A stretch of DNA of 64,000 nt from Mobula hypostoma (taxonomy: Eukaryota). Shown here in pieces: positions 61,704-64,000 of the stretch. The stretch spans positions 106,642,001-106,706,000 of the forward strand of contig NC_086107.1 of NCBI RefSeq assembly GCF_963921235.1. The letters run 5' to 3'. The translations under genes and the position numbers were made by a program. The stretch's first letter is position 1. The number at the start of each line of letters is the position of its first letter. The notes under the pieces are model-generated. The model did not search any database. It saw only the letters and a program-made list of their open reading frames with translations, and was not told where the DNA came from.

Positions 61704-61802
61704 AACACACATCAAAGTTGCTGGTGAACGCAGCAGGCCAGGCAGCATCTCTAGGAAGAGGTACAGTCGACGTTTCACGCCGAGTCCCTTCGTCAGGACT
61801 AA
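61704..61802 (-). mobile_element. Penelope-derived fragment with a stem II-disrupted hammerhead (61765-61800)
   Basis: Reverse complement AGTC-CTGACGA-AGGGACTCGGCGT-GAAA-C-GTC-GACT plus the family 3' tail. Confidence 0.75.
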
Positions 61803-64000
61803 AGTTCACAATGCCAAGCATCACTGCAGCCAATTCAAAAGTCCAGAGCATCAGCCCAGCACATCCCGCGGAGTAGTGAGCTGATCTGGTCCCTCTCTCA
61901 CCGACCCCGGCACCCGGACCATTTCAATCCAGCCCGCCCGGTGCTTAGATCGCCAAACCGCGGGACATTCCTCACTCTCGGACCCGGGCTCTGCCACTTT
62001 GATACGGCTCTTAAATCGTTCAGACCTCGGATCTCGCCTCGCCTTGCCTCGTCGCATCGAATTTCCTCCTAGTTCGCTCCAGCAAGAGGCTCCAGACATA
62101 CCAGCAAAATGCCACATCGCACGGCTCAACTCCGACAGGGAAGCCACAGGCTACAGCTTGCAGCAATTGTTTACCAGAAAAAAGTGTGACTGGCAAAATA
62201 TTTAGTCGCTTTTTTCGTTCCAATGGCCGCAAGGACGTCGTCACTTAAACCAGTAAGTAGCGGCATTGTAAACCAGAAGGTGTGTGTGAGAGATTGAGCA
62301 CTGAACAGATTCGGATTCAGATTGATTCACAACTCGTCTGCAGAAACAGTCAAATGCGTCATTTCCATTAAAACCAGAACAACACAAGATGTGGTGGGGT
62401 GGGATGGGCAGCCTGCAAGTGTCGCCACAGGCCCGGGCACCAACATTGCCTGCTCACAGCACTCGAACAAACAACACAGAACACAACGAGCAACAGAACA
62501 GAACCGCAGCAAAACAGGCCCCGTTCCTCCCTCGCAATGATCCACCCACGCATGCGGACAGTCCTCCTCACAACAGGACAGGTCTCAGGCTTTGGCCATC
62601 GGGCGTGGAGTCGACCTTCACGCTTTGACCATTCCCGCCAGAATGTTTTCCCGCTCTTTACCAAGGTTCGGAAATGTGGAGCGACAAGCAATCAGCTGGA
62701 GGAACTCAGCGGGCCAGACTGCAGCCGATTCGACACCACCCTCCCCTCCCCCCCCCGGAGTCTACCCGGCCGCCTGCCGACGCCTCTCCTCCCGGCTGCC
62801 GCACAGAAATGCTCCCGCTGGGACCGAACACAGAACCAGCCCCGGCCTGAGCTGGGAGGAGAGAAGCCAGTGGCCAGTAGAGCCGGGATTCGGGGAAGGC
62901 CTGGACCATCCGGGATGGCTTGTGGAGGATGGATGTGTTGGGACGGAGAACAGCCGTGATCTTAGAGCATGGGAGAAAAGACAAGAGTCTGACTGGCCTG
63001 CCCCTGTTCATTTAGCGAAACAGCGCAGAGTAGAACCTTCCGGTCCTTCGAGGGCACCACCCCAGCCATCCCCGAAGCCCCCGATTTCACCCTAACCTAA
63101 TCACGGGGACAATTTACAATGACCAGTTAACCTACTCAGTATGCCTGTGGGAAGAAACCAAAGCACTCTGGAAAACCCTGCGGGGAGGGTGTACAGAGGA
63201 CGCCGGAATTGAACTCTGAACTCCGACGTCCCGAGCTGTGATAGCGTCGCGCTAACCGCTACACTACCATGGCGACCACGGTTATGTTACCCAGGTTTTC
63301 TGCGTTTTGGATATGGACTTGGACTGCAGACCTTTTTTTTCCAGTCTTAGTTTTTTCTATTCTGAGTTTTTAGCCCAAACTTTCTCTCTCTTTTTATTTG
63401 CGTGTGCAGGGGGGGTGGGGTTGATGTGGCTGTTCCATTTATGTTTTTTTTGTGCAGGGAGGAGGGATTTTGGGGGGGGGGTTGATGAACGAAAGAAACC
63501 GTTCTTTTCTTTCTTGGTTCGGTGGCTATCTGGAGAAGACGACTTCCAGAGTTGGATACTTTGATGATAAATGGACCTTTGAACGGTTAGTTTAATTAGT
63601 GCCTTCTGCTTCTAAATCTTGAGTTCCCTAAGAATCTAGGCTGGCACCCCAGACCCAGGTACAAAGTTTAAAGTAAGTTTATTATCAAAGTACATAAATG
63701 TCACCATATACAACCCTGGGGTTCATTTTCTTGCGGGCATTCACAGTAAATACAGGAACCACAATAGAATCAATGAAAGATCGCACCCAACTGTGGACAA
63801 ACAACCGATGTGCAAACTGTGCAAATACAAAAAGAAAGGAATGATAATTATAAATAAGCAATAAATATCAAGAATATGAGATGAAGAGTCCTTGAAAGTG
63901 AACCTAGAGGCTGTGGGAACAGTTGGGTGATGGGGTGAGTAAAGTTATCCCCTCTGAAGAAGGATCTAGTGCTTTCCCGATGTATATGATGAATAAACTC

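Overview
Eukaryotic (vertebrate) genomic DNA. The repeat families (HE1/V-SINE-like, CR1, Rex1/Babar, Penelope, Deu-SINE-like) suggest a cartilaginous fish, probably a ray; this is an inference. Two spliced genes lie on the + strand. The first is the last two coding exons of GRAP2/GADS: a pentapeptide-repeat linker exon (259-717) and the C-terminal SH3 exon (6121-6300). The second is a complete five-exon FAM83F (25155-60756, 508 aa) with DUF1669, the FDNEF CK1-binding motif and a C-terminal CaaX (CLVS). The order matches human GRAP2-FAM83F synteny. Most of the rest is interspersed repeat: nested CR1 LINEs, Rex1/Babar, RTE and Tx1-like fragments, two related solo LTRs, Tc1, hAT and PIF/Harbinger MITEs, SINEs and tandem repeats. 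The most notable non-coding signal is a set of short, often fold-back, Penelope-derived insertions from three families. They carry about a dozen minimal type I hammerhead ribozyme motifs, several with intact cores, and four insertions have 13-14 bp target-site duplications. Hammerheads in Penelope-like elements are known in general, so novelty here would be at family or mechanism level only. Most ORFs in the supplied track are spurious or repeat-derived. Repeat family names come from recalled motifs, not database searches.
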